From assembly GCA_964016885.1 (NCBI GenBank), contig OZ024741.1, forward strand, positions 211,606,001 through 211,670,000: a stretch of 64,000 nt of DNA. The letters are read 5' to 3'. Each line of letters starts with the position of its first letter. Position 1 is the stretch's first letter. The notes below the pieces were generated by a model, which was given only the letters and a program-made list of their open reading frames with translations, did no database searches and was not told where the DNA came from. The position numbers were made by a program, and so were the translations under genes. Origin of the DNA: Eledone cirrhosa (taxonomy: Eukaryota). Below are positions 25,493-38,841 of this stretch, piece by piece.

Positions 25493-28400
25493 CTACAGGA
25501 TGGTATACAGAGAAGGCCCATTTACACGAGCCATTCTCGCCACTATCACCCACCTTTCATAAAACTGCCTGTGGCCAAGCACCTCTCTCTCCATTCTTAT
25601 CCTTCTTCCGAAGTGATATCGGAAGAAGTAGACCAGACTATGGCCAGAGAGGAAGTTGCCTGACCTCAGACCTTTCAATCGTGTCCACCAAACAACCTCT
25701 TTCAACATGGCTATTACGCACAGAAAAACCGCCTTTGCTTCCTTTGTGAAGAGGGGAGGCGGTTTGATTGTCATCACGGACTCGGCGGTCAATTTAATCG
25801 GCGCCACCCGCGACAGCAGTCGTTCGGCGTAGCCCCACAGATCAGCCACGCCCGGACATTGCACCAATGCGTGCGCAACGGTTTCTTCGTGACGCACGCA
25901 TCTAGGGCAAATCTTTTTTGAGGGATCCCTGCCCGGGCGCCCGTGTCTGTAGAGCCTCTCTCGAACGGGTAGAGCCCCCCGGTAGCACTGCCAGGCCAGT
26001 GACTTCTGGAAGTTGTCCATTATTGGTCCTGGGCCGAAAGTCCTACCGAACAGGCTGGCCAGTTCGTCTTCTTCCATGTCCAGCGACTCTCCAAGGGTGT
26101 CATCGCCCCTGCTAGCCACCAGCCCTCTATAGAATGATGAGGTGGATTCTCCACCGATGGCCTGGCCCGCTTGCCAGAGAGCCCTGAGCGCCTGAGCACA
26201 CTCAGTGTGCCAGTCTCCCAGTTTTCCGGATCTTTGCTTGACCCAGGACTGTAGCTCGGTGAGCGAGACGAGTCTCGGAAAGGCTCGTTTCACGAACGGA
26301 GCCCACACCGGTTGACCAGTGAGGAATACCTGTAGGTGCCGTAGCCTTAATGCGTGCCTACGCATCATCAACCACGGCATCCCCAGCCCTCCTTTCGAAG
26401 GTTGTTGGCAGCAGATGGATCTTCTCACCATAGGAGGACGCTTCTTCCAAAGAAATTGGAAGAGCATGCGTTCCATGGTGGTGAGTGTTTCCTTAGGGCA
26501 AGGCACGACAGTCAGGCGGTAGTAAGTGACGGACGCTATGTAAATGTTCGCCACCTCCGCCCGGCCTTTTAGGGACAGCTTACACTTGGCCCATTTCTGG
26601 GTTAGTGCAAACACCTTGTTCGTAACCTCGTTCCAGTTCTTTTCCACCTGGAGGTCCGGTCCAAACCAGACCCCAAGCAACTTTACCGGGCCCTCCGTCC
26701 AGTGTCCGACGACACCGTCAGGAGGCATCGGTCTGCCTCTCCACGTTCCGAGTTGCAGCCCGATGGATTTTTCCCGGTTCAGTTTCGCTCCTGACAACCT
26801 TTCGTACTCCTCCAGTAAGGTACCGATCGCCTCGATCTCCGAGTCGGTTGATACCATTACTGTTACGTCATCGGCGTAGGCCGACACCGCTTTGCTCAAT
26901 CCTGGTTCCAGGGGGATACCCTGCAACAACTCCAACTTCCTCAGTAAAGGCTCGAGAGTCAATACGTACAGAAGGGAGGAGAGAGGGCACCCCTGTCGAA
27001 TGGATCGTGTGATTTCGAACGGCTTCGAAAGGTAGCCGTTCACCTTGATCCTAGAACAGATGTGGTTGCTATGTAGGGCAGTGATCCAGCCTCTGAAAAC
27101 ATGACCGAACCCAGCCGCCGCTAGCACCGCATCCAGGTAACCATGGTCGACCCTATCGAAGGCCTTAGACTGATCCAAGTTGATCAGGGCCCCACCGAAG
27201 CCGGGTTTGTTGCCAACCCTCTCTATGATGTATCGCATAAGGTGGAGGTTATCGTGAATGGACCTGGATGGGATAGCACATGTCTGCGCATCTCCCACCA
27301 GGCCACTCACGACAAGCGCCAAACTCTTTGCTAACACCTTGGCCAAAATCTTTAACTCTGTGTTTAGCAGGGTTATGGGCCGAAAATTATTTATACTATC
27401 CCCCTTGTTCTCGTCCTTCCTCACCAGCGTGACTACGCCCTTGGCTACAGAACAAGGAATTCTCCCGTTCTGCTGCCAATTGCTTCGAGGAGTTCGGAGA
27501 AGAAGACCGGCATTGCTAAATAAAGTTCGTAAGGTATACCATCGAGACCTGGAGATTTGCGTCTGCTGCATTGGCTCAGCGCATCTCCGATCTCATCAGC
27601 CGAGATTGGTCCCTCGCAGGACTCTGCCTCTTCGTTCGAGAGACGCGGCAGGCCGTCGAGGTATGGACCGAAATCCACGCCCCCGCCCGGACCTTCGCCT
27701 CCCCCGAACAATCGGGCAAAGTGCCTTTGAAAGGCCTCGCACATCTGCTTAGGCTCCCGGATCACCCGTCCATCTTCGTCTTGCAACGACCGGATGGTGG
27801 ATCGATTTCCACTCTTAGCTTCTGTCACGCGGGCCCATCCAACGGCTTTGGCCCCCTCATTACCTAGAGCACGTATTTTACTTCGAATGACGCAGCCTTC
27901 GTGCTTTGCATCGAAAAACTGGTTCAAGGCCGTCCTCGATGCCAGCACTCTGGCCACATCTTCGCTCTTGATTGCCTCTTCTAATTTACCTGTTAATTCT
28001 TTCTCGTTTCTATTCCTATCGGCAGCTAACATCTTGCTATAACTTATTGATTCTGTTCTAATCTCTCTTTTGAGAGATGCCCACCATCGGTTGTTGACGA
28101 TTGCACCCGTCAACCTCTCCTTAACTAATCTGCTAATCCGGTTTCTGTAAGTCTCTTTTGCCGGTAAAGACAAATTAAGTTTCCAGTAACCGGGACCCTG
28201 TCTATGTGTTTTCTCGAGATTGACCACGCAGGTCACTAATTTGTGATCCGTGTAGCCAACCGTGCGCATTTCTGGACAGCTTAATATGTCCCTATCCTTA
28301 CTTCTAACTAAGAATCTATCTAAGTACGATCTAGATTGACCACTGTGGTTTCTCCAAGTCCAGGTAGGCACAGTTGGAAAATCTAGTCGATATCTATCGA

Positions 28401-28923
28401 CCAAGTTAAAACGGTCGAGTAACCCCTTGAGGCTGTTACACCCCCCTCTATTAGGACATGCTCCTGCATAGTCCCAACGTGCATCCAGGATGTCATTCCA
28501 ATCCCCCGCTAGAAGCAGGGAACGCGACGTTCCCAGAAAAGTCTCCAAACGCTGGAAGAAGTCGGGCCGTTCAGCTCCGAAAGGGGAGTAGACGGCGACC
28601 AGTCTCAAGGCCGCACTTTCACTACTGCCAACGTCTAGCACCAACAAACGACCCTCCGGGTCCGAGTGCACAACCTGTACGGCAAGACCCAGGTGTTTTT
28701 GCAGCAGTACGACAACCCCACCCCCACCTCCAGGTTGACAGAGAGATGCATGCACCTCAAAGTCATCGAAGGTGGGGGCCAGCTGCCGCACGACGCTGAT
28801 TCGAGTCTCACAGATAACCATTACATTTATACTACATGACCTGAGGTCATTTAGAAGCTTTGCTTGCTTCCAAGTTGAGCCCAGGCCACGTGCATTAAAA
28901 CATCCTACTCTTAACACATCCAT
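25493..28923 (-). pseudogene. ORF2: AP endonuclease + reverse transcriptase + C-terminal CCHC finger, with one frameshift at ~27482
   Basis: Motifs CFNARGL, ICET, GDWN, YLDRF, TDH, GPGYWKLN, KSPGLDG, FRPITLLN, KAFDRV, RQGCPLS, AYADD and CPRC..HEETVAHALVQC. About 10 nt are missing relative to copy 3. Confidence 0.92.
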
Positions 28924-30692
28924 GTGGGCGGCAGAGCCAAAGGAGAGTGTAGAGACCTACCTTTCCGCTTCCCGGGGTTCGGGTTGCACGACTTCCATGG
29001 GGTCGAGGGTAGTGGGTGAAGGGGTGTCTTGTGGTGGTGTGGGGTCGTCAGTGTGTGGTGGGGTTGGGGTGTTTGGAGTTGTGTTGGGGAGGGGAAGGGG
29101 AGGGGAAGGGGAGGGGGAAAGCTTTTTAGTAGGACGCGGTTTATGGGTTTGACAGAGGGTGGTCCTACGTCCTCCTTAAAATCCTTTTTTAGTTTTTGGT
29201 AGAGGTTCATTGGGATCTTTATTAGTTTTAAATGTGGGTAGTTTTCTGACGAAACAAAGTTTACACCTTCGGTTTGTACCGAAGGATTATTGTATATGAG
29301 TTCATTTAATTTATTATTGTTTCTGTTGATGTAAGTATAGTGTAATGTCTTTTTTTCCGATGGTGTGAGTGTTTCGAAGAGGGGAGGGGCAGGTTTGGTT
29401 TTGTTTGTTGCTGGAGGGGTGTTTTCTGTTTTGTTGGATTGTGTTGAGATTTGGGTGGGGGTTGTTTGGCCTTGTGTGTTTTGCACATGTTTTCTTTTTT
29501 TCCTTTTAATCTGTCTGAAGGACTCCGTTTCTTCCTCCGAATTCGTTGGGTTATCTTCAGTGTTGGAGGGAAGAGGTATGTTTGCTGGTAATGTTTCCGT
29601 GTTGGTTTTCTTTGTGGGGGAGATGGATGTCACTATGTTAGACTGTGTTGTGTGTTGTGTCTGCGGTGGTTGTGTTGTTTTATTGAGTGAGAGGTTGGGT
29701 GGGCCTGTATTTTGTTTTGGGGTAATGTGTTGTGACTGTTTGTGTTGTGGTGGTGTTGTGGTTTTACTGAGGGACGGGTTGGGTGGGACTGAGTTTTGTT
29801 GTTTGTTTATCTGTTGTGGTGGTGGTGGTGGAGCTGGTGTTGGTAGCAGGGTTTTCTTTTTGTTGAGTTGGGGACAAGCGGCCTTCAGGTGCCCTCTGCC
29901 TGCACAGATATGGCAGGACGGCCTTCTCCCCTCCACGCTAATGTTTATATACCCGTGGTCCTCTAATAGGATTCTGTCGGGTATTTGGGCGATGCGTTCA
30001 GGCTTCATTTGTACTACCAGCTCTATACCTGTTCCACTGAACGCATTGCCTGTGGTTTTCCCAATGGAAATCACGTTGTCATTCACTGGATCGATGAAGC
30101 CAGCTATGAGCCAGCAGTAGTCCACATCTGGCATCATTGCATCCAGCCATATGCGTTGAGTTCTTTTCCCCATATAAGATGGATAAAAGGTGAAATTTTT
30201 CGAACGAATCGGTGACAAAGCACATTTTTTTGCCGCCGATTCGTTCTTCATGATAATTGCTAGGCTTCCATACAGTCTGTCTTTTCTTATGAAAGTGGTT
30301 TCATTAAGTACTTCTGTGAGTACTGTTTTGATATCTGCTTGAGAAGGCTGTTCAGGTTTTTTTGTACTGTTGTTGATGGTCCGAAACTTGACCGTTCGGC
30401 TTTCAATGTCTTTCGTGAATTCTTGAGGCATTTTTACCGATAAAATACCATTCTCTCCTTCACTTATGTATTGTTTGGCGTCCGTGATCCTTCGTACCAC
30501 ATCTGAAATGTTTTCCGCTATATAAGTCAAAGATTTCTTTGTTTTCTGTGCAAATGAAATCTTGTCGTCTGCTTTGTTTTCTGATATGGTGTTATTTTCA
30601 ACTGTTATTTTTGTGTTTGTTGTGTCTTTGTTTGTGTTATTAGTATTGTCATGCAATTTTTCAAATTTTTTTTTTTCGTTGTTGGAATCCAA
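28911..30692 (-). CDS. ORF1 gag-like nucleic-acid-binding protein with CCHC zinc knuckle
   Basis: CHICAGRGHLKAAC knuckle, Pro/Thr/Gln-rich linker and basic KRKKRK patch. The C-terminal part is homologous to 38940-39287. The native stop is probably 28957-28959. Confidence 0.88.
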   Translation of the reverse strand: MDSNNEKKKFEKLHDNTNNTNKDTTNTKITVENNTISENKADDKISFAQKTKKSLTYIAENISDVVRRITDAKQYISEGENGILSVKMPQEFTKDIESRTVKFRTINNSTKKPEQPSQADIKTVLTEVLNETTFIRKDRLYGSLAIIMKNESAAKKCALSPIRSKNFTFYPSYMGKRTQRIWLDAMMPDVDYCWLIAGFIDPVNDNVISIGKTTGNAFSGTGIELVVQMKPERIAQIPDRILLEDHGYINISVEGRRPSCHICAGRGHLKAACPQLNKKKTLLPTPAPPPPPQQINKQQNSVPPNPSLSKTTTPPQHKQSQHITPKQNTGPPNLSLNKTTQPPQTQHTTQSNIVTSISPTKKTNTETLPANIPLPSNTEDNPTNSEEETESFRQIKRKKRKHVQNTQGQTTPTQISTQSNKTENTPPATNKTKPAPPLFETLTPSEKKTLHYTYINRNNNKLNELIYNNPSVQTEGVNFVSSENYPHLKLIKIPMNLYQKLKKDFKEDVGPPSVKPINRVLLKSFPPPLPLPFPSPTQLQTPQPHHTLTTPHHHKTPLHPLPSTPWKSCNPNPGKRKGRSLHSPLALPPTWMC

Positions 30693-31097
30693 CTCCAGAT
30701 TTGTGTTTTCATCATTTAATTTTTTCTCCGCAGATTCGTCTGTTTTTATTTTAATTTTTCCTTCCTTCTCTATGACGTTAGTTGGGAAGGAAGGGAGGAC
30801 TAAAGCGTGCGAGCTTACAACTCTTACCGCTGTCCCCCACCACTATTTTCGTTCGCTGCGTTTAACATTTCTGTTAGACGATTGAAATTTTTTACACAAA
30901 ATTTTTTAAAACAGGTTTTTCACCTCTAGGAGGGGTACAGATGAGCTGACCCACCGCCTGACAGTTCAGACGGAGGGTCAAGCTACACAATTGTATCAAA
31001 ATTAAGTTTGAACTCACAAATTTCTTCAATAAATTTGAACAAAACTTCTGTGCGAAGTGAATGATATCCACACTGTAGAACAGACGACAGCTAGATT

Positions 31098-31172
<75 letters not shown>

Positions 31173-32374
31173 TTCTTTATTAGCCACAGGGGCACAAAAG
31201 AAGGGGACAAATGCAAAGGGGGAAGTTTACATACAATAAAAACGTTTAAAATGTTATCACAAATGGAATTTAAAAAGTTAGTCGATTTTCCCCAATAGAG
31301 GGAGACAGTTTATATGGGTAACACATACCCCCGAAAAAAAATGTGCGACCCTCATCTCCAGGAGTACGAAGAGCTTGTACTCCTTTCCTCTCCTCCTCCT
31401 TTTCCTCAACCTACAGGCTGATATAGAGAGAAGGCCCATTCACTCGGGCCATTCTCGCCACTTTCACCCACCTTTCATAAAACTTGCTGGGGTACAGCAC
31501 CTCTCTCTCCATCCTGATTCTTCTTCCAAAGTGGTATTTGAAAAAAAGAATCAGTTGTTGGCCGGAGAGAAAGGTGTCTGACCTCAGCCCTTTCAACCTT
31601 GTCCACCATACAACCTCTTTCGCCATAGCTATCACACAAAGGAAAACCGCCTCTCCTTCGTTTTTGAAGGAGGGTGGCGGTTTGATCATGACAATGGACT
31701 CGGTGGTCAACTGGATTGGTCCCACCCGCGACAATAGTCGTTCTACATAGCCCCACAGGTCAGTGACGCCCGGGCAGTGTATGAATGCGTGCGCGACGGT
31801 TTCTTCGTCTCGCACGCACCTCGGACAGATCTTTTTTGCAGGGTCCCTGCCCGGGCGTCCATGTCTGTAGAGCTTGTCTCGAACTGGTAGAGCTCCTCGG
31901 TAGCACTGCCAGGCCAGGGACTTTTGGAAGTTGTCCATCGGTCCCGGGCGGAAGGTCCTACCGAACAGACTGGCCAGTTCATCTTCCTCTACGCCTAGAG
32001 TTTCACCGAGCGCGTCGTCGCACTTGCTGCGGACCAACCCTCTATAGAATGACGAAGTGGAGTCTCCACTGATCGCCGGGTCCGCCTGCCTGAGGGCTGT
32101 GAGCGCCTGAGCACATTCGATGTGCCAGTCGCCCATTTTCCTCGGTCTTTGCTTGACCCAGGACTGCAGCTCGGTCAGCGAGACGAGTCGTGGGAAGGCT
32201 CGCCTCACGAACGGGGCCCACACCGGTTGTCCGGTGAGGAATACGTAGAGATGCCGCAGCCTGAGCGCGTGTTTGCGCATCGTCAACCACGGCATCCCCA
32301 GCCCTCCGTTAGAAGGGTGTTGGCAGCAGATGGATCTTCTCACCAAAGGAGCCCGCCTCTTCCAAAGGAATCGG

Positions 32375-32377
<3 letters not shown>
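31173..32377 (-). mobile_element. 5'-truncated Tx1/L1 element (copy 2), in tandem with copy 1, bounded by (GATA)n
   Basis: ORF 31411-32346 is the ORF2 C-terminus and is nearly identical to 41790-42990 in reverse. GATA tracts lie at 31098-31172 and 32377-32425. Confidence 0.93.
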
Positions 32378-32426
<49 letters not shown>

Positions 32427-32474
32427 GTTTACCTGCCCCTGCATAAACTCTTATGTTATGTTATATTACTAAAA

Positions 32475-32768
<294 letters not shown>

Positions 32769-32799
32769 TAAAATAACAGATTAAAGTTTAAGCAAAGAA

Positions 32800-32972
32800 T
32801 CGAAGGAAGTGTGGTAAGAAACCAGGTGGACCATAACGCACCAAAGTACTCAATACTCAGGGTAGTAGAGTGGGTAATAGGAAAAGAGTCATGACCTTGG
32901 CGGCTGAGCTCCGGCCGTTTCGACGTCGAAACGGCCGGAGCTCAGCCGTCGGGGTCCTCGCACTTTTCCTAT
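32800..32972. mobile_element. Family D fold-back mini-element
   Basis: Palindrome cggctgagctccggccgtttcgac|gtcgaaacggccggagctcagccg; flanked by (TA)n. Confidence 0.8.
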
Positions 32973-32987
32973 ATATATATATATAGG

Positions 32988-33028
<41 letters not shown>

Positions 33029-33398
33029 TATATATATATGATCTTTTTATTTCATCTTTTATTTCTCAGTATATTTTCTGATAAAGAAGTAGTGTCCGAA
33101 ACATAAAGACTCTTTTCCTACTTTATAAAGCATTAAACTGATATATATTTTTCATTGTAATGTGTTGTTTGCTTTGTTACGTCCGTTTACGCTTTGAACA
33201 TACACCCATATGCGCGCGCGGTCTTCTAATTGGAAAATCTGTATATTTATATATGTTGTGGTTACGATTCATGTCCAAGAAGCTGACTGGGGTTACATTA
33301 GAGATGATATTTATGATTTTAACAAACCTCGGGAAGATTGCTATTAAATTCATCCTAAATGTGTTCATAGCGTGACTGTCCATATTACTGGAATATTG

Positions 33399-33430
<32 letters not shown>

Positions 33431-33722
33431 CACAAACACACACATATACATACACACAAACACATTCACATATACATATATATATGTTTGTCTATACATA
33501 CACACACATACACACACACATATAAATATATATACATACAAAGATGCATTCATATATATAGAGAGAGAGAGACATAGAGAGAGAGTGAGAGAGGCATACA
33601 CACACACATACACACACACACATATATATTATTATATATATACACAAACACACACACACATATACATACACAAACACATTCACATATACATATATACATA
33701 CATATATATGTTTGCTATTCAT

Positions 33723-33779
<57 letters not shown>

Positions 33780-33833
33780 CATACTAAGATGCTTACATAT
33801 ATACAAATATATATATATATACATAGAAAGATG

Positions 33834-33928
<95 letters not shown>

Positions 33929-33937
33929 TGAGAGAGG

Positions 33938-34000
<63 letters not shown>

Positions 34001-34368
34001 ACATATATATATATATATATATACATGTGTGCGTGTATTGGTATGTATATCATATTGTCAGGTGCTCATATGAGTGTATATATATACGTATGTGTATTTC
34101 TGTGTGCTGGTGTATGTTCTGAGCACTAACTACAGTAAGACGGGAAAGTCAATAAATTTTACTAAATAACTAACGAATCATCAAAACCCTATAAAGTTTC
34201 ATGACACACTCAATCACACGCAAGACACACGCCTCTATGGACACACATATATAATCAAAGCACACACATATATACATACATGCATACATACATATATACA
34301 TATATACAAACATATACATACATATACATATCTATATTCATACATACATATATATATTATCATATATT

Positions 34369-34435
<67 letters not shown>

Positions 34436-35194
34436 ACAGGGAGAAAGAGACGATTATTAGGAAGAAAAATATTTTTTTTTCCTTTTTTATTTCTTTCTCT
34501 CTTTTTTGTAATAATTGTCTCTTCCTGTTTTAATATATATATATATATATATATCCTAACTCGTGTGCTTCCTCCCGACATTTTATTGTTATATATATAT
34601 ATGCATATACATATATATATATATATGCATATTCATAAAAACTGTGATAATTATTGCTATTTTGCTGAACTCCTATTGTAGAGTTTTTTTCAGAATGTAT
34701 TTGACTGCTATTTCTTGTAAATAAACATTCACTTCTATCCTGACGTCACTAGCCCCGTTTTTTCCTCATGTGCTTTTTCATAAATACACATGAAGGCGAA
34801 CTAGCCAGTTTTAGAATTCCCTTTTTCGGATTATATTACTGTGAGAGCCCTGGTTTCTGTTGAGCTCTGCTGATGAATGAAATCCAACCGTGACCATCTC
34901 CACTGAAAGTTTTCATGAAATAGTCTTTTAAGACTATACAGAGCATTTGATGTTATTCCAAATTGAAGGATAAGTGTTTCAAACTTTATTTTATCATGAG
35001 TTAAAGGTCTATAGATTTTTCCCTGGATTTTACTAAATTCTGTGGATGAATTTATATCCTGATTCTCTTTTGAGATGAGTTTGAGTTATTTTTCCTAAAT
35101 CTTTCGTTAACTACTTTTCCCATCTTGACGTTATAGTCGCATATATGTTATAGAATGCCGTTAGCTTCTTGCTAAAACAATCTCTATACCTCTC

Positions 35195-35240
<46 letters not shown>

Positions 35241-35279
35241 ACCTATATATATATATATATATATATGTGTATATATATA

Positions 35280-35424
<145 letters not shown>

Positions 35425-35435
35425 GTGTATATATA

Positions 35436-35528
<93 letters not shown>

Positions 35529-35579
35529 GTGTATATATATATATATGTGTGTATATATATATATGCATATATATATATA

Positions 35580-35650
<71 letters not shown>

Positions 35651-35654
35651 GTAA

Positions 35655-37450
35655 ATGTTCTATTTAAATTGTTGGGATACAACAAGCAAATATTTTTATA
35701 AGTGATATAAAGCACTCAACAAATACGATATTAACAAATAGACTCTCGTTCTGTAGACGATATCAATATAGTTATAAGAACATCCCCACTAGAAAGCACT
35801 AACAAGTTTGATTTAGAACGTAGCACGATGGAAAGCATCCAGCAGATAGCTAATTCCATACACCAGAGTATAACTGTAACTATCGACTTCCCTTCCAAAC
35901 ACCCTAACAATAGACTACCTGTATTAGACACAGAATTCTGGATTAACACTATAGACGAGAGAGCCCAAATTCTGCACTCACACTATGCTAAACCCATGGC
36001 CTCCAAATACCTGATACTAAAAAACTCAGCAATGTCCAGTAGTGCTAAGTTTAATATTCTGATCGCAGATTTGGTACGAGTGATGAAGAATGTGCCCCGC
36101 ATGTGCGACCCAACAGAAATGGAAAGACACATCCAACACTTCATCAACCGCATGCAGTTCTCTGGCTACAACCAAAGAGACAGAGTTAGAGTATACGAAG
36201 GAGCCATGGAGAAGTATAAGACCTCATAGAACTGGACATGAAAGGAATTTGCCCATTATACAGGAGCAAATCATGGAATAGCTTAGATAGGGCTAGACAT
36301 AAGATAGGGAAAGCCACCTCATGGTATGACAACCAGAGATACCAGAGTGTCATGTTTGTGGACGCTACCCCCGTAGGGAAATTAGCTAACGAGTGTAGAA
36401 AGGCCCTGAGAAAGACCCACTTAAAAATTAAGGTGGTAGAAAAGTCAGGAACTACCATAAAATCCCTGATCAGCAAAACCTACCCTTTTAAGAAAACCAA
36501 CTGTACCAATAGGAAGTGTATCATATGTAAGGTAAACCCCCGGATAAACTGTAAAACTAGAAACGTATTCTATACCATAAGATGTGCAGAGGGTACTTGC
36601 AGAAACATGACAACAACATACATAGGTGAGACAGCTCGTAGCATAGGTGAAAGGATAGACCAACACTGGTGGGAACTAGAAGGACGAAAAAAACGGGTCA
36701 GTACTATACGAACATGCTAGACAACAACACGACGGTAACATAGACAACATAGAAACTAGAATAATATCTAAACATAGAAATGACCCAGCAGATAGGCAAA
36801 TCAGAGAGGCCAGTGAAATAGAAATTAGAAGGCCAAGACTAAACAGAAAGAATGAATGGAATAACAACAACACCCAAACAAACAACACTGACCTAAGAGA
36901 AGTATAAATAAGTAAATAAAATAAAATAAAATAAATAAATAAATAAATAAATACATACACAAACACAATAACAACAAGCACATAAACACACACTAGTCAC
37001 TCATCACACAGCAAACAAAACACTATACACACACGCAAACGCATGCGCAAAGAAGACAAAATAAAATAAACAAACAAGCAAATAAATAAATAAATATATA
37101 GACAGATTTAATAAAAATGGCGTAGACATATAATACAACAGGAGGTAACGATAACACCACTGACGATGTTGCAGATGTGTAACGAAAGATTTATGATAAA
37201 CTATATATATGTGTTTGTGTCTATATTGTATCTGTATTATTTTTGACCGTCGGTCAGTCAATGGCAACATTGAGGACCGAGTAAGTTAGATTACCGATAT
37301 AAAAGACACAGAAGCGAGAAGCGAAAACCAACCAAACAGTGAGTGTGCTCTGTTATTAATTCTGGCAATATTACACAAATATGACCCTCCCCAAGTATAA
37401 CAATATTTGTTTCGACACACGATTTCATATAAAAAACCTCGCAAAACTAA
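35655..37450 (+). mobile_element. 5'-truncated Penelope-like element: RT C-terminal half, linker, GIY-YIG endonuclease and 3' terminus, with frameshifts
   Basis: RSVDD (degenerate YVDD) at ~35747 is in frame with ORF 35828-36229 (LPVLD, HYAKP). ORF 36238-36720 has NVFYTIRC...YIGETARSIGERI. Embedded in (TA)n. Confidence 0.9.
37156..37197 (+). ncRNA. Hammerhead, family C, partly decayed
   Basis: acca-CTGACGA-t-gttgca gatg tgtaac-GAAA-gatt-TA-tgat, at the position equivalent to 2029-2073. Confidence 0.65.
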
Positions 37451-37460
37451 TTCATCGCCG

Positions 37461-37524
<64 letters not shown>

Positions 37525-37701
37525 GGTGTGACTACAGATTTAAGCCCAGAAAACCACTAATTAAAGTAGTACTCAATACACAATTCGATGAAGAAAATAT
37601 TTGGCTGAGATATATTATGGTTTCTCCCTCTGATTCCACACTGACCAGCGTGACGCTCGTCGGATTGGAGTCACCAGCAGAAACCGTAGGAGCTCACAGT
37701 C

Positions 37702-37763
<62 letters not shown>

Positions 37764-37776
37764 GACTGTGAGCTCC

Positions 37777-37836
<60 letters not shown>

Positions 37837-38025
37837 TAATCTCCCATTGGGTTGAGATACAAATTTGGCTGTATTGTGCTGTGCTTTCAAGCAAAAAGCC
37901 ACCAGCCGTAAGCAACTACCACACCCCATCCAACCTGACCGCTGCTACGTCACGATTCTTACCCATTTTTGAATGTATTCTTGGCGCGATCACTTTGGAA
38001 AATGTATTGTCTAGATTAGAGCAAA

Positions 38026-38098
38026 CTCCTGAAGAGTCTGATGCTCGAGTTTCCGAAATTATTGGAAATCTCAAAATGCGGACGAAACCATGTTAGAG
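38026..38098 (+). ncRNA. Type I hammerhead motif with long stem II
   Basis: ctc-CTGAAGA-gtctg...tttcc..ggaaa...cggac-GAAA-ccatgt-TA-gag followed by AATAAA; one stem III mismatch. Confidence 0.6.
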
Positions 38099-38370
38099 GT
38101 AAATAAATGTATTCTCTTTTCTCCTAATTTATTTTACACCTAATTCTGTTTAACTGACTGTATCTGGACGATTACGCTGTCCAAATATTCGATAAATATT
38201 CCGTCGCGAAGGGCTACATTCGGTTATTTGTTGGATATTTCTTCATAGAAGCCTTATTCTTATAGCATGGTCTATTCGATTTTTTATATAGTTAATTATG
38301 CTAATTGGGAGAGGAAATGGTATATATTTTATCTGGTGATTCTATAGACATGTTTTATGATATATATATA

Positions 38371-38432
<62 letters not shown>

Positions 38433-38524
38433 GATAGATATAGATATATTTGAAGTAAGGTTGCTTTGATAGGCGGTGTGCCGGTTGAGCACAACAGACA
38501 GAGGATTTGCTTCGAAGTCACTAG

Positions 38525-38616
38525 ACGTATCTGAGGTACTTGCGAATCCAGATCAGGTTCGATCCACAAATAGATCGTACCTCGAGCCGTTCGCCTGAGA
38601 AACAATTGTAATACGT
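38525..38616 (+). ncRNA. Hammerhead, family F, with A9>U core variant
   Basis: acgtat-CTGAGGT-(~60 nt)-GAAA-caattg-TA-atacgt, with a 6-bp stem I that covaries with 13768-13857. Confidence 0.65.
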
Positions 38617-38656
38617 TAATAAATTGTGTTCCGATGCATCACTGATTCTTCGTTTT

Positions 38657-38693
<37 letters not shown>

Positions 38694-38734
38694 ACACCGA
38701 CACACACACAATATCTATCTATCTATGTATCCAT

Positions 38735-38785
<51 letters not shown>

Positions 38786-38786
38786 C

Positions 38787-38841
<55 letters not shown>

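Larger units (their letters stand above)
25279..31095 (-). mobile_element. Full-length Tx1/L1-clade non-LTR retrotransposon (copy 1) inserted in (GATA)n
   Basis: ~400-nt 5' UTR, ORF1, ORF2 (APE-RT-CCHC), and a 3' UTR ending AATAAAgaaa then (TCTA)n. GATA tracts lie on both sides. Confidence 0.95.

Noticed and set aside
29365-30120. 251-aa plus-strand ORF and other ORFs overlapping the Tx1 copies
   Set aside because: Antisense or alternate-frame shadows of ORF1/ORF2
34868-34890. CTGATGA followed closely by GAAA
   Set aside because: No room for stem II and no stem I; part of an old repeat
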